IMG/VR virus record: IMGVR_UViG_3300033146_003879
Coordinates: 1-54,989 of that record
Length of the DNA stretch: 54,989 bases
Origin: a virus
Taxonomy: Duplodnaviria > Heunggongvirae > Uroviricota > Caudoviricetes
Direction: 5' to 3' (one strand)
In this document: positions 38,812 through 48,279 of the stretch, piece after piece
How positions within the stretch are numbered: the stretch's first letter is position 1
Layout of the letters: each line of letters begins with the position of its first letter
Made by a program: the position numbers and the translations under genes
Notes under the pieces: model-generated
Database searches by the model: none
The model's input: only the letters and a program-made list of their open reading frames with translations
What the model was told of the DNA's origin: nothing

Positions 38812-39363
38812 TTAAGTTCTGCTATTCTGGTATCCGGACACGATACTTGTTGTTCTTGTAGATGCATTCATTCTGATGTGAGCAACTATACTGTCAGTAT
38901 ATTTTGTGTGGAGCTCCGGTTTCGCTTTCATGATACGAGTCGCTGTTATGGCAATGTCATCATCACGAAGGGATCTCCAATCATGTGTAATAAGATTGTT
39001 GATTGATTGCGCAGACCAACGCGTCGCAATCTCTTTCCTAATAAATGCAGCATCGCTTGGCGGCGCTGTTGTGAGCCACTGGGAGACGACTTCAGTTGGG
39101 GATACCTTGTAAAAGAAATGCATGGCTTCTAGCGGGATCAATTCTCCGAGAGGCATCTTTACCGACATAGCAAGTTCTAAGAACTCGCTTATATGCCCTT
39201 CTTGTTCCTCTGTCCTCTCGATTGCTGCTGAAGCCACAATAGCATTGCCTATAATCACGCTTCGCTTGTCCACCTCAGGGACTAACTGGTCAGGTAGTTG
39301 GCGCGGGCTGCGATACGTACCGTCTTCAACGCCTTTCATAATTACTCTTCCTACTGTTCGCAT
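38812..39363 (-). CDS. Hypothetical protein
   Basis: 183 aa; AGGAG SD. Confidence 0.6.
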   Translation of the reverse strand: MRTVGRVIMKGVEDGTYRSPRQLPDQLVPEVDKRSVIIGNAIVASAAIERTEEQEGHISEFLELAMSVKMPLGELIPLEAMHFFYKVSPTEVVSQWLTTAPPSDAAFIRKEIATRWSAQSINNLITHDWRSLRDDDIAITATRIMKAKPELHTKYTDSIVAHIRMNASTRTTSIVSGYQNSRT

Positions 39364-39386
39364 AGTAACTCTCCTATATCTCGTTG

Positions 39387-39605
39387 TTAGTGTTTATGTT
39401 CTTTGTTAACTTCGTCTTCTGACATACCTCTATATAGTGCAGTATTAAGATCTGCTATTCTTGTTGTTGTGCGCGCGTTGTATTCGTTGTGTGCTATCAC
39501 CGCTCTCAGAAATACCTCCGCACTTGCTACGTTGGTTGGGTAGTACCAAAGGATATCTCCGTGTGTGGAAACCTCTCGAAGAACGTGCATCACCTTACTG
39601 TACAC
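39387..39605 (-). CDS. Hypothetical protein
   Basis: 72 aa, downstream of a class 1 motif. Confidence 0.5.
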   Translation of the reverse strand: MYSKVMHVLREVSTHGDILWYYPTNVASAEVFLRAVIAHNEYNARTTTRIADLNTALYRGMSEDEVNKEHKH

Positions 39606-39645
39606 CGCTATGCCCCTAACAATCCTCTCTAAATGATTTATCCAA

Positions 39646-39676
39646 GTTCTTATACCACATTTGATAATGCTATAAT
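39646..39676. promoter_or_regulatory. Back-to-back promoters: minus class 1 CAAATGTGGTATAAGAAC (39646-39663) and plus TGCTATAAT (39668-39676)
   Basis: Both motifs recur elsewhere; they face divergent genes. Confidence 0.65.
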
Positions 39677-39711
39677 TTATGTGTTAGCAATTGAATACCC
39701 TGGAGGCGACA

Positions 39712-40212
39712 ATGTTATCTTGGGCGACTATCATGAGCTTCGTTATGAAGCACAAGACCGCCATAGCAATTTCACTAGTACTTGTAGTAACTCTCATAGC
39801 ATTTGGTGTTGTGCGGCTGCAACTAAGGCATTGCCGGTCTAAATACGATAAACTCAAAAAGCAGTTTGACGCAACGCTCGTTGCGCAAGAAACGTGTGAA
39901 AAGTCTGTAGCAGCTATTAACGGAGCTGTTCTTACTGCGAAAAAAGATTGCGCGCGAGAGAAGGCGTCTCTAAAGGCAGCGTATGAGTTTGGCAAGGAAG
40001 AGAGAGATAAATATCATAGCAAGGTGGACAAGCTTTTCGCCGACAAAAAGAAAGGGGACAAAGCCAATGGTGCTGTTACACCTGTGACAGAAGTAACTCC
40101 GGATGGCGGCATCTTTGATTATCAGGCAGAGGTGACAGACTTTTATAACGAAGTGAATGAGAAGTGGAATGCATTCGCTGATAAGTATGAGGGGGGACGA
40201 GATGAGGAATAA
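39712..40212 (+). CDS. Putative i-spanin (Rz-like)
   Basis: Single N-terminal TM helix then coiled coil; overlaps the lipoprotein gene; likely start 39712 after GGAGG. Confidence 0.6.
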   Translation: MLSWATIMSFVMKHKTAIAISLVLVVTLIAFGVVRLQLRHCRSKYDKLKKQFDATLVAQETCEKSVAAINGAVLTAKKDCAREKASLKAAYEFGKEERDKYHSKVDKLFADKKKGDKANGAVTPVTEVTPDGGIFDYQAEVTDFYNEVNEKWNAFADKYEGGRDEE

Positions 40213-40540
40213 ATTGTTGCTGGTACTCACTCTTATCGCGATGATGTTCGCGACATCCTGCGTTGAGGTACGGTACATAACAAAAGTACAGAAAGTGTAC
40301 AGGACTCCAGCGAAACTGGCAATACCAACGCTGCCTCGCCTCTCCTTGTACGAAGACGGCGATAGTGTGTTTACGAAAGAGAACTACAAGAAATTATTGA
40401 AAGAGTACAGCGACTCGCTTGTGTTCACGAAGCAATTGTTAATGCTTATAAAGGAACATAACAAGCTTATCGCTGAGATAGAAGCAGAAGAAAAGGCTGC
40501 GGCAATAACAGAGAAAGAGGAGACTAAAGATGCACATTAA
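40202..40540 (+). CDS. Putative o-spanin (Rz1-like lipoprotein)
   Basis: MRNKLLLVLTLIAMMFATSC lipoprotein signal with lipobox-like Cys; Pro-containing segment. Confidence 0.65.
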   Translation: MRNKLLLVLTLIAMMFATSCVEVRYITKVQKVYRTPAKLAIPTLPRLSLYEDGDSVFTKENYKKLLKEYSDSLVFTKQLLMLIKEHNKLIAEIEAEEKAAAITEKEETKDAH

Positions 40541-40790
40541 AGACTTGGTTAGAGAACATGACAAGGACCGCCTATCAAAAGGCGCTATTATGATGTGGAT
40601 AACATTCGCCGTAGCAATAGCTTACTGGCTGACTGGTATTATTACGCAGCATTCTATGCCGATACCTGAAGGATTGCTGAGCTTCTTGCTTGCTCTTCTC
40701 GGCTACAACGTTGCACGTAGAGGAACCGACGGGGCCTCTGCACTGCTTGCAAAAATTAAGAAGCAGTCTATAGACGCAATGCCCAAATAA
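40530..40790 (+). CDS. Putative holin (2 TM)
   Basis: 86 aa, two hydrophobic helices, basic C-tail, next to the spanin-like pair. Confidence 0.6.
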   Translation: MHIKDLVREHDKDRLSKGAIMMWITFAVAIAYWLTGIITQHSMPIPEGLLSFLLALLGYNVARRGTDGASALLAKIKKQSIDAMPK

Positions 40791-40815
40791 ACACTAAGCA
40801 CAGAAGGAGAGTACA

Positions 40816-43800
40816 GTGTCACAAAAGTTATATTCAATTGGATACGGTTCTACGCAAGATCAGATAGAGGATTCTATGAGCAAAGGGTTCCGCAATGTCG
40901 AGTTTAACGACATGTACGACGGGTCTACTTATAAAATGGACAACATTTCATTTAAGCGTAAAGCTGATGCTAACTCTCCTGAGGTGTTCAAGGAAGCCTT
41001 ACTTGGTAATAGAAGTCTCCTTGCTCAAGTTCATGGTGATATATATCGGTATGATAAAGATGGTAAGAAGGATAGGGTTGCGGCTAACGTGCATATTGCT
41101 AGTGTTCCTCAGATGCTTGACTCTCGTGGTACGTTTGTTGTGCGGGGTAGTGATTATAATATCATTAACCAGCTTCGTAAGAACTCTGCACCATACATCA
41201 CACGTGGTAAAACCGATACCGACATTAAGGCTACATTTAACCTTGCAAAGGGTCGTAACTTCCATATAGAAATGAATCCAGCAGATTCTATGTTCTATGT
41301 AAAGATAGGTACATCGAGTGTGGTTATAAAGGCGCTCGCTGAAGTATTGGATATCACTAGATATGATATGGTTAAGGCTATTGGCGAGGATATGGTGAAG
41401 CTTAATTGGGACAATGTATCTCCGTCGCTCGTGCGGTCTAACCTTGTGAAACTATATAAGAAGGTGTTTGAGTATAAACACGATAACCCTTCTAATTTTA
41501 CAGACCATGAATTGAAGACACTCTTGTCAGAGTACTTCAAGACAACGGTTATGGATCCGCATACTACGAAGCTTTTATATAAGCAGGAGATGTCAAGCGT
41601 TGATAAGGCAGCACTACTCAAGATACTGTCCGAGTACATGAAGATCTATAAGAAAGAAAAAGCTCCGCATAACCAAGATGAGTTATATTATCAGAGAGTT
41701 ATGACACCAAATCTGTTGTTTGAAGATCGTATCCATAAGACGGCCCCTACAATAAACAACACAATAAAGTTCAATCTTGCAAGAGCAAAGTCCGCTGATG
41801 ATTACAAGAAAGTATTTAGTAATATATACAGCAAGCCTCTTATATCGATGGTAGCAGGGTCTGATCTCGCACGCATTGATCCGCAGTATAACCCTCTCGG
41901 CGTAATGGTGACTCCGTCATCTATAACCCCTCTCGGTATGGGCGGCGTCAATGATTCTATGGCTATACGTGACTCACAACGAGACATACATGTTTCGTCT
42001 ATGGGAGTTATAGATCCACTCGTATCACCACAAGGTGGTAATGTTGGTATCTTGCTTCGTACTACTGACAACTTCAAGGTTGATGAGAAGGGTCGTGTTC
42101 ATCTCAAAGTTCGTGATAAGAAAGGGAAGGTAGGCCACACATCACTGGCCTCTCTTAAAGACAAGTATCTTGCACTACCTGATGTTCGACCAGGAACAAA
42201 AAAGAGAACGGTGTCTGCTGTACACGACGGGGAGATCGTGAATGTGTCTAAGGATAAGATAACACATTACTTCCCAAATGGCCCGGAAGATACACTTAAC
42301 TCACTCGACAGATTGTTTCCTATGGCGAACGCTGTACAAGGTAACAGGAACTTTATGAGTACGAGACAGATAACGCAAAGTCTCCCTTTGGCATACAAAG
42401 AGCTCCCGTACATACAAACGGAATCGTCTACTGGTAAGAATATGTATGAGAAAGTACGTGAGGATCTCGAGTCTCTTATGCCGTTACGATCTCCCGTTGA
42501 CGGAGTCGTTGAAAGTGTTAAGGATGGTGTAATAACTATAAAAGACGATGACGGAAAGAAGCACGAAGTGAAGTATGCTCGACATCTTCCTCTCGCAACG
42601 AATACCGGTATTCACCAAATACCAACTGTTCATCGTGAAGAGCGTGTCAAGAAACGTCAGATTATACTTAAAGATAACTACACGGTCGATGGTAAAATCG
42701 CATTTGGAGTGAACCTAAAGACGGCGTTCATGCCGTATAAGGGGTATAACGCAGAGGATGCTGTTGTAATATCAGAGACAGCGTCAAAGAAATTGATGTC
42801 TGTACATTACTACAAGTATGACATACTTACTGGTGATGAGAACATTATTGGTAAGAAGTCTTTCCTTAATAAATTCCCCGATAAGTTTCAGCCTGCACAA
42901 GTAGCAAACATAGAAGCTAACGGCATAATAACTAAAAATACACGTATAAATTATGGTGATCCGCTGGTGCTTGCCCTGGCTAAGGTTCTACCTGATGAGT
43001 CCCTGATGAAGATTGGAAGAATAAGTAAGGATATTGTAGTTACACTTGCGGACTCGTCTCTTGTGTACGACCATCACGCAATCGGTGAGGTTGTTGAGAT
43101 ATCTGAACGATCGAAGGTGCTTACGGTAACAGTAAAAACCCTTGAGAGGGCGGTTGTTGGTGATAAGGTTGCTGGTATGTACGGAAATAAGGGGGTTGTA
43201 TCTGTAGTTATCCCTGATGATAAAATGATGCGTAATGAGGAAGGGGATGTTGTTGACGTTATTTACGCAGCATCCGCCGTACCTAGTCGTATGAATCCTG
43301 CGCAAATACATGAACAGGCACTATCGAAGATCGTAAAGAAGAAAGGATTGAAGCCGTATATGTTTCAGCCTCTAACGAACCCTGGCGGTAAGCCGCTTGA
43401 TGAGTTTGTCGAAAAAGAGATGAAGAAACACGGTGTTAGTGATAAAGAGTTCCTTATTGATCCTATAACCGGGAAGAAGACAGACAGGCCTGTTGCGTCC
43501 GGTCAGATGTACACACTCAAATTGCTTAAGGGTGATAAAGATGCTGCAGCGCGTGGCCTCGGTCCTGCATACACATCAAACAAGCAGCCGGCTAAGGGCG
43601 GCTCGGAGGGAGCGAAAGCTATTGGGCAAGCAGAGTTCTACGCACTTGTTGCACATAATGCAAGAGCTACTATGGCAGACTTCAGTTCAATAAAAGGACA
43701 GCACAATGCAGATTACTGGCGTAAGTCTTTGTACGGTGCCCCACCAACTCCTGTTGGAGAATCATTTGCGTTTAAGCGATTCAAAGCAAACCTTACATCG

Positions 43801-46800
43801 GCGGGTTCAGTATTTAACGAAACAAAGGATGGGTATCAACTACTTCCTTTGACAGATAAAGTAACGAATCAACTTGCCGGGCATCGTAAAGTGAAGACTC
43901 CTGCGTTGTTGCGCAGTAAGACCCTTGAGCCTATTAAGAATGGGTTGTATGATAGGGCAATCACTGGTGGTGTTGACGGTACACTATGGTCTAAGATAGA
44001 ACTAGAAGATGGCATGGTGTCACCAATGATAGAGGACTATGTTCGTATCTTACTCGGTATGAAGAAAGCTGATATCAGAAAGTGGCAAGCGGAGCACACT
44101 ACTGCAGAAATGCGAAAGGAGCTTAACAAGATTGACGTATCTTCCAGGATACGCGAACTAAAGGCAAAGGGTAAGAATTCTGGTAAATTAACAAACACCG
44201 AGATAAAGTTGCTGCGTTTCTTACAGAACATAAAAGACAAGGGTACTAACCTTGCTGATCTTATAATAACATCGCTTCCTGTTCCTCCTCCTATCTATAG
44301 ACCGATGACGCAGCTCGGAGATGGTAGCATCCAGATGGCAGACTCTAACCACTTCTATAAGGATATCCTTATTGCTAATGAGGGACTGAAAGATGTTAAG
44401 GGGCTTAAGTCGGTATCAGGTGAGGTTAAAGACGAACTCATCTACAATGTCCATGCTCTCGTAGGAACGGAGAAAACAAAAAATAGAACACTCGCCAATA
44501 AAGGAACAAAAAGCATACTTGAAGCTATCGGCGGTGTTGGTTCTCCGAAGTACGGTTTTGTTCACGCTAATCTTGTTAAAAAGAATCAGGATTTGGCGGG
44601 GCGTGCACGTATTATCCCTAATGCAGATCTCGATATGGATGAAGTTGGTATACCTACGTCTATGGCGTGGGAGCTGTATAGCCCCTTCATAAAGAAGAGT
44701 CTTGTTAGTTCTGGTATGACGCCTATAGATGCAGCTAAAGCAATAACACACAAGTCTACTCCTGCGAAGCGTGCTCTTGTTTCCGAAGTTGATAAGAGAC
44801 CAGTGCTCATAAATAGAGCGCCGACGTTACATAGGTTTGGTATACTTTCGATGAAGCCTCGGCTTGTATCTGGAAATAGTATGCAGGTGTCTATGTTCCA
44901 CACCGCTCCGTTTAATGCTGATTTCGATGGAGATGCGATGCAGGTCCATGTACCGGTAACGCAAGCTGCTATTAGAGAAGCAGACAAGATGCGCATGTCG
45001 CAGAATCTGTTAGGTGACGTGTCTGCAGATCAGCTTATTATGGCATTAACACCAGAGACTATTATTGGATTCTATGATAAGGCGAGGTATGACCGGTCAA
45101 CTGTCGTACGTGATCTTAAGAAGATACTCCCGGCCAATGTTAGTCTTCCTGCTACGTATGACAAGAAGGGGTTAAAACAGTTATCGTTGGGTATTGCGAA
45201 GTCAGGTGCTGCTGATATAGCAGGGATATTCCAGCGCGTGAAAGTGCTCGGCGATGAGTACGCAACACAATCTGGTCGTACTGTTGGTGTTGAAGATGTT
45301 TCTGGTGCAGGCATGAGGAAAGAGAAGGACGCGATACTTGGTAAGTATAAGAAGAAGCTAAGTAGGGTAAAGATGGGGACACCTGAGTATGCGGTTGAAC
45401 TTGAGTCCGCGCAGAAGGAAGTGCAGAGCCTTGCAAAGAAACACCCGGGAGATGTTGGTGAGATGCTACGTGCCGGAGCTAAGGGGAGTGACAACCAGAT
45501 ATCAGGTATGATACTCTCGCCGGTGATTGCGTATAACCCGCACGACCCGATACGCACAGCGCGGATGACTGAGAGCTCATATAGTGAAGGCCTTAACTTT
45601 AACGATTTCTGGAACCAGGTGGCAAAGGCTCGTACGGACATGGTGTCTACTGCTATGAGTGTTGCTGTTCCTGGATCTCTTGCTAAGCTCATGAATGCAG
45701 CGGTTAACAAGATGGTTATATCAGAGTTCGATTGTGAGACAATGGACGGAGTGTTTGTTGACCCATCTACTGACGACGTCCGCGGGTCACTGCTTGCTGA
45801 GAAAGTAGGTATATTTAATAGAAATACTATTATCAATACACTCAACGAAGCTGCTATTAGTAAAAATAAGAAGATAAAGATACGTTCTCCTCAAACATGC
45901 CAGTCTACTGAAGGTGTGTGTGCTCGATGTTACGGCGCTGATGCTATGGGTGTGTTGTATAAGGTAGGAGTAAATGTAGGCGTCCGCGTTGCTCAAGGTG
46001 TGTCTGAGCCTATTGCTCAGATGGCACTTGATAGTAAACACGGAGGAAGATCTATTACGAAAGATATTGGGCAGGGAGGCCTCACGACAATTACCAACAT
46101 ATTTAGTTCTGATGCTACAAAACCTGGTATGGCTATCGTTGCGAAAGAGGATGGTACTGTTAAATCAACATCCGTGCTACCTTCTGGTGCGACAATTATA
46201 AAGATGGTAGACGGAGCATCTTACACGGCGGCTCCAGATGTCACGGTGAAGGTGCATGAAGGGTCGTCTGTAGCTCGAGGTGACTCTATCACCAGCGGAG
46301 TAATCCCATTCACTGATGTTATTGAAGCTAAGGGTATTGTTGCAGGTAGAGCAGCGCTTGCCGGACAGCTTCGGGAGTCGCTTGATGAGAACGGTAGGCA
46401 CTTGTCTACAAGAGTACATGATCTCATCGGTAAAGCGGCGGCAAACTACGTAACACTTATGGCTGACCTCGATAGTCACCCTGCTGGGACAACTATAACA
46501 TATAGTCAACTGAAGCAATCCCTCAAGGATCACAGTTATCCGAAAAAATTAGCGCTTGTTACTGAAGGTATGCAATTAGGTGAGGAATTCGGTGACCTCT
46601 CTGCGGGAACAATTATCACGAAGAAAGAAGCGCGTAAGATCGCAGCTGCTAAAACGATACCAGAAACCGATAAGAAGTTTATCCGTATCGTTGAGAATAA
46701 AGTCCCGTTTGAGTGGGTAGCTCGTACTCTCTATACTGCAGGACTTGCTGATGATGACTGGATGCATCACATCGCAGCCCGATACATTAAAAAAGAACTC

Positions 46801-46914
46801 ACCTCGGCAACAGCAGAAGGTGATGTTTCTAAAAAGAAAACACTGAGTCCGGTAAATGTGTGGATGCAAGGCAAGGCTATGAAGAACGATCCCGATACAC
46901 CTTACTACGAATAA
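40816..46914 (+). CDS. rpoBC: Single-polypeptide fused beta-beta' multisubunit-type DNA-directed RNA polymerase
   Basis: Beta motifs GYNAED, GDKVAGMYGNKGVVS, VPSRMN and GQMYTLKL. In the same ORF follow beta' motifs LPVPPPIYRP, NRAPTLHR, NADFDGD (44914-44934), GAKG, CQSTEGVCARCYG and the trigger-loop AQGVSEPIAQMALDSKH. Confidence 0.97.
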   Translation: MSQKLYSIGYGSTQDQIEDSMSKGFRNVEFNDMYDGSTYKMDNISFKRKADANSPEVFKEALLGNRSLLAQVHGDIYRYDKDGKKDRVAANVHIASVPQMLDSRGTFVVRGSDYNIINQLRKNSAPYITRGKTDTDIKATFNLAKGRNFHIEMNPADSMFYVKIGTSSVVIKALAEVLDITRYDMVKAIGEDMVKLNWDNVSPSLVRSNLVKLYKKVFEYKHDNPSNFTDHELKTLLSEYFKTTVMDPHTTKLLYKQEMSSVDKAALLKILSEYMKIYKKEKAPHNQDELYYQRVMTPNLLFEDRIHKTAPTINNTIKFNLARAKSADDYKKVFSNIYSKPLISMVAGSDLARIDPQYNPLGVMVTPSSITPLGMGGVNDSMAIRDSQRDIHVSSMGVIDPLVSPQGGNVGILLRTTDNFKVDEKGRVHLKVRDKKGKVGHTSLASLKDKYLALPDVRPGTKKRTVSAVHDGEIVNVSKDKITHYFPNGPEDTLNSLDRLFPMANAVQGNRNFMSTRQITQSLPLAYKELPYIQTESSTGKNMYEKVREDLESLMPLRSPVDGVVESVKDGVITIKDDDGKKHEVKYARHLPLATNTGIHQIPTVHREERVKKRQIILKDNYTVDGKIAFGVNLKTAFMPYKGYNAEDAVVISETASKKLMSVHYYKYDILTGDENIIGKKSFLNKFPDKFQPAQVANIEANGIITKNTRINYGDPLVLALAKVLPDESLMKIGRISKDIVVTLADSSLVYDHHAIGEVVEISERSKVLTVTVKTLERAVVGDKVAGMYGNKGVVSVVIPDDKMMRNEEGDVVDVIYAASAVPSRMNPAQIHEQALSKIVKKKGLKPYMFQPLTNPGGKPLDEFVEKEMKKHGVSDKEFLIDPITGKKTDRPVASGQMYTLKLLKGDKDAAARGLGPAYTSNKQPAKGGSEGAKAIGQAEFYALVAHNARATMADFSSIKGQHNADYWRKSLYGAPPTPVGESFAFKRFKANLTSAGSVFNETKDGYQLLPLTDKVTNQLAGHRKVKTPALLRSKTLEPIKNGLYDRAITGGVDGTLWSKIELEDGMVSPMIEDYVRILLGMKKADIRKWQAEHTTAEMRKELNKIDVSSRIRELKAKGKNSGKLTNTEIKLLRFLQNIKDKGTNLADLIITSLPVPPPIYRPMTQLGDGSIQMADSNHFYKDILIANEGLKDVKGLKSVSGEVKDELIYNVHALVGTEKTKNRTLANKGTKSILEAIGGVGSPKYGFVHANLVKKNQDLAGRARIIPNADLDMDEVGIPTSMAWELYSPFIKKSLVSSGMTPIDAAKAITHKSTPAKRALVSEVDKRPVLINRAPTLHRFGILSMKPRLVSGNSMQVSMFHTAPFNADFDGDAMQVHVPVTQAAIREADKMRMSQNLLGDVSADQLIMALTPETIIGFYDKARYDRSTVVRDLKKILPANVSLPATYDKKGLKQLSLGIAKSGAADIAGIFQRVKVLGDEYATQSGRTVGVEDVSGAGMRKEKDAILGKYKKKLSRVKMGTPEYAVELESAQKEVQSLAKKHPGDVGEMLRAGAKGSDNQISGMILSPVIAYNPHDPIRTARMTESSYSEGLNFNDFWNQVAKARTDMVSTAMSVAVPGSLAKLMNAAVNKMVISEFDCETMDGVFVDPSTDDVRGSLLAEKVGIFNRNTIINTLNEAAISKNKKIKIRSPQTCQSTEGVCARCYGADAMGVLYKVGVNVGVRVAQGVSEPIAQMALDSKHGGRSITKDIGQGGLTTITNIFSSDATKPGMAIVAKEDGTVKSTSVLPSGATIIKMVDGASYTAAPDVTVKVHEGSSVARGDSITSGVIPFTDVIEAKGIVAGRAALAGQLRESLDENGRHLSTRVHDLIGKAAANYVTLMADLDSHPAGTTITYSQLKQSLKDHSYPKKLALVTEGMQLGEEFGDLSAGTIITKKEARKIAAAKTIPETDKKFIRIVENKVPFEWVARTLYTAGLADDDWMHHIAARYIKKELTSATAEGDVSKKKTLSPVNVWMQGKAMKNDPDTPYYE

Positions 46915-46934
46915 GGGGAGACTTAGATCTCCCC
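46915..46934. terminator. Hairpin between convergent genes (GGGGAGA-6-TCTCCCC)
   Basis: 7 bp stem directly after the RNAP stop; followed by TTATT on the minus strand. Confidence 0.55.
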
Positions 46935-47241
46935 AGGCTTAGATAGGTTGCTTGTGCGCTCGAACAAATGGTTATATAGATAGTCTGAATTTATACGGTC
47001 TACACTCCCATGGCCTAAGTTTCGTAGTTCCGTCTCTACAGCAAAGAACTCGTATAAACTCTTAACTATAACAAAAACATATGCGTACTTATCATCTCGT
47101 TGTTGAGTTGTATGTGTTATCCGCGGATTGTATCAGCTTTGCTAAAGTATCTAGGTTTAGCATTGCACCTGTGTGTGCCTTATCATGGTCTCCTGCCGCT
47201 TTGCGGAGTTCCTCATCAACAAACTCATTTGATACTTTCAT
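46923..47241 (-). pseudogene. Frameshifted last member of array 2 (ends NLSKPGEI)
   Basis: 47241-47092 encodes 49 aa ending in TGA. The +1 frame continues as DKYAYVFVIVKSLYEFFAVETELRNLGHG...NLSKPGEI*, homologous to 47950-48279. Confidence 0.7.
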
Positions 47242-47591
47242 AACTCCCCCTCACATAAGTTTATTTCGATATGTCTAACCAGCACAGCTTCTATCGGTAC
47301 GTACTGTGCGTTCGCGTAGATAGCGTCATTTATGGTCGAGAACCAGCACATGTAGGGGGGTTTTACTTCTGGGCTGTTGTTAAGTTCTATAGCTACACCT
47401 AGTGCTGTTGCAGCGCGGGCTGTAGCGTTACTGTACCGATGCCTTTCGTTTGCAATTCCTAGTGAGTGAAGTGCTCTTTCAACTGCTCTGAAATGGGCTT
47501 CTGTGCGCGTCCTAATAAGAAGCTTACCTCCGCCTCTCATGCGTTTCTGCTCCAGCATATCCATAAATCTATCTGCATCTATATATATCAT
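47238..47591 (-). CDS. Array 2 small protein, family A (ends NLCEGEL)
   Basis: Likely start MIYID; core FRAVERALHSLG. Confidence 0.75.
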   Translation of the reverse strand: MIYIDADRFMDMLEQKRMRGGGKLLIRTRTEAHFRAVERALHSLGIANERHRYSNATARAATALGVAIELNNSPEVKPPYMCWFSTINDAIYANAQYVPIEAVLVRHIEINLCEGEL

Positions 47592-47953
47592 TATAAGTCT
47601 CCTTCGTGTTTGATGTTGTTTATGTAGAGTAATGACTCTATGGGTATTCCGGGGTCTGTCTGAGACCACCATAAAGTGCAGTATAAAGTGCGGTATGCAC
47701 CAGACTCTGTGTACAGGTGCTCGTGTATTCTAACACCAACTGCTACTGCTCTTAGTTGAGCGTCTCTAGTGAAATACTTATTGGTGCTTCCTAGAATATG
47801 TAAGCGGCGTAGGGCAGCTCCAATATCTAGTACTTCATCCATGCTTTTTACCTTCACAAGTAGTGTGTGCTCACCTTCTTTTGCAGCTTTCTTTATTCTG
47901 TACAGAAGTTTATCTGAGTTTATATTCATGCGTTTATCTGAGTTTATAGTCAT
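47591..47953 (-). CDS. Array 2 small protein, family A (ends NIKHEGDL)
   Basis: Paralogue of neighbours (AVAVGV, IPIESLL). Confidence 0.75.
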   Translation of the reverse strand: MTINSDKRMNINSDKLLYRIKKAAKEGEHTLLVKVKSMDEVLDIGAALRRLHILGSTNKYFTRDAQLRAVAVGVRIHEHLYTESGAYRTLYCTLWWSQTDPGIPIESLLYINNIKHEGDL

Positions 47954-48279
47954 AACTCCCCCGGCTTACAGATATTGCCAATGCGCTCCGTAACAGCCGA
48001 AATAGCAATGTAACATCTATCAGGAGATCCCCCTGACGAGAAACCTAGGGGGTGTCTACCTTGCCCATCACTTATTTTTAAGTTTAGTCCGACAGCAACT
48101 GCGATGTCGGCGACCTTATCACTCGGCTCACCTAAATCATTACCATGTCCTAAGTCCTGTAACGCATCTTTTACCGCGCGAAACTCCACTATTCCGTTTG
48201 TGTAAACAAACAGGTACTTGTGCTTCTTTACCTCCGCATTCTCTATAAAGGTAGAGAGTCTTGCTCGTGATATCTTCAT
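47950..48279 (-). CDS. Array 2 small protein, family A (ends NICKPGEL)
   Basis: Likely start MKISR; core EFRAVKDALQDLG. Confidence 0.75.
   Translation of the reverse strand: MKISRARLSTFIENAEVKKHKYLFVYTNGIVEFRAVKDALQDLGHGNDLGEPSDKVADIAVAVGLNLKISDGQGRHPLGFSSGGSPDRCYIAISAVTERIGNICKPGEL

Noticed and set aside
40816-46914. Cellular rpoBC locus, i.e. the window is a bacterial chromosome
   Set aside because: No rplK/rplA/rplL/rpsL neighbourhood; flanked by terminase, spanin/holin-like and tail genes; lacks the beta' zinc finger.
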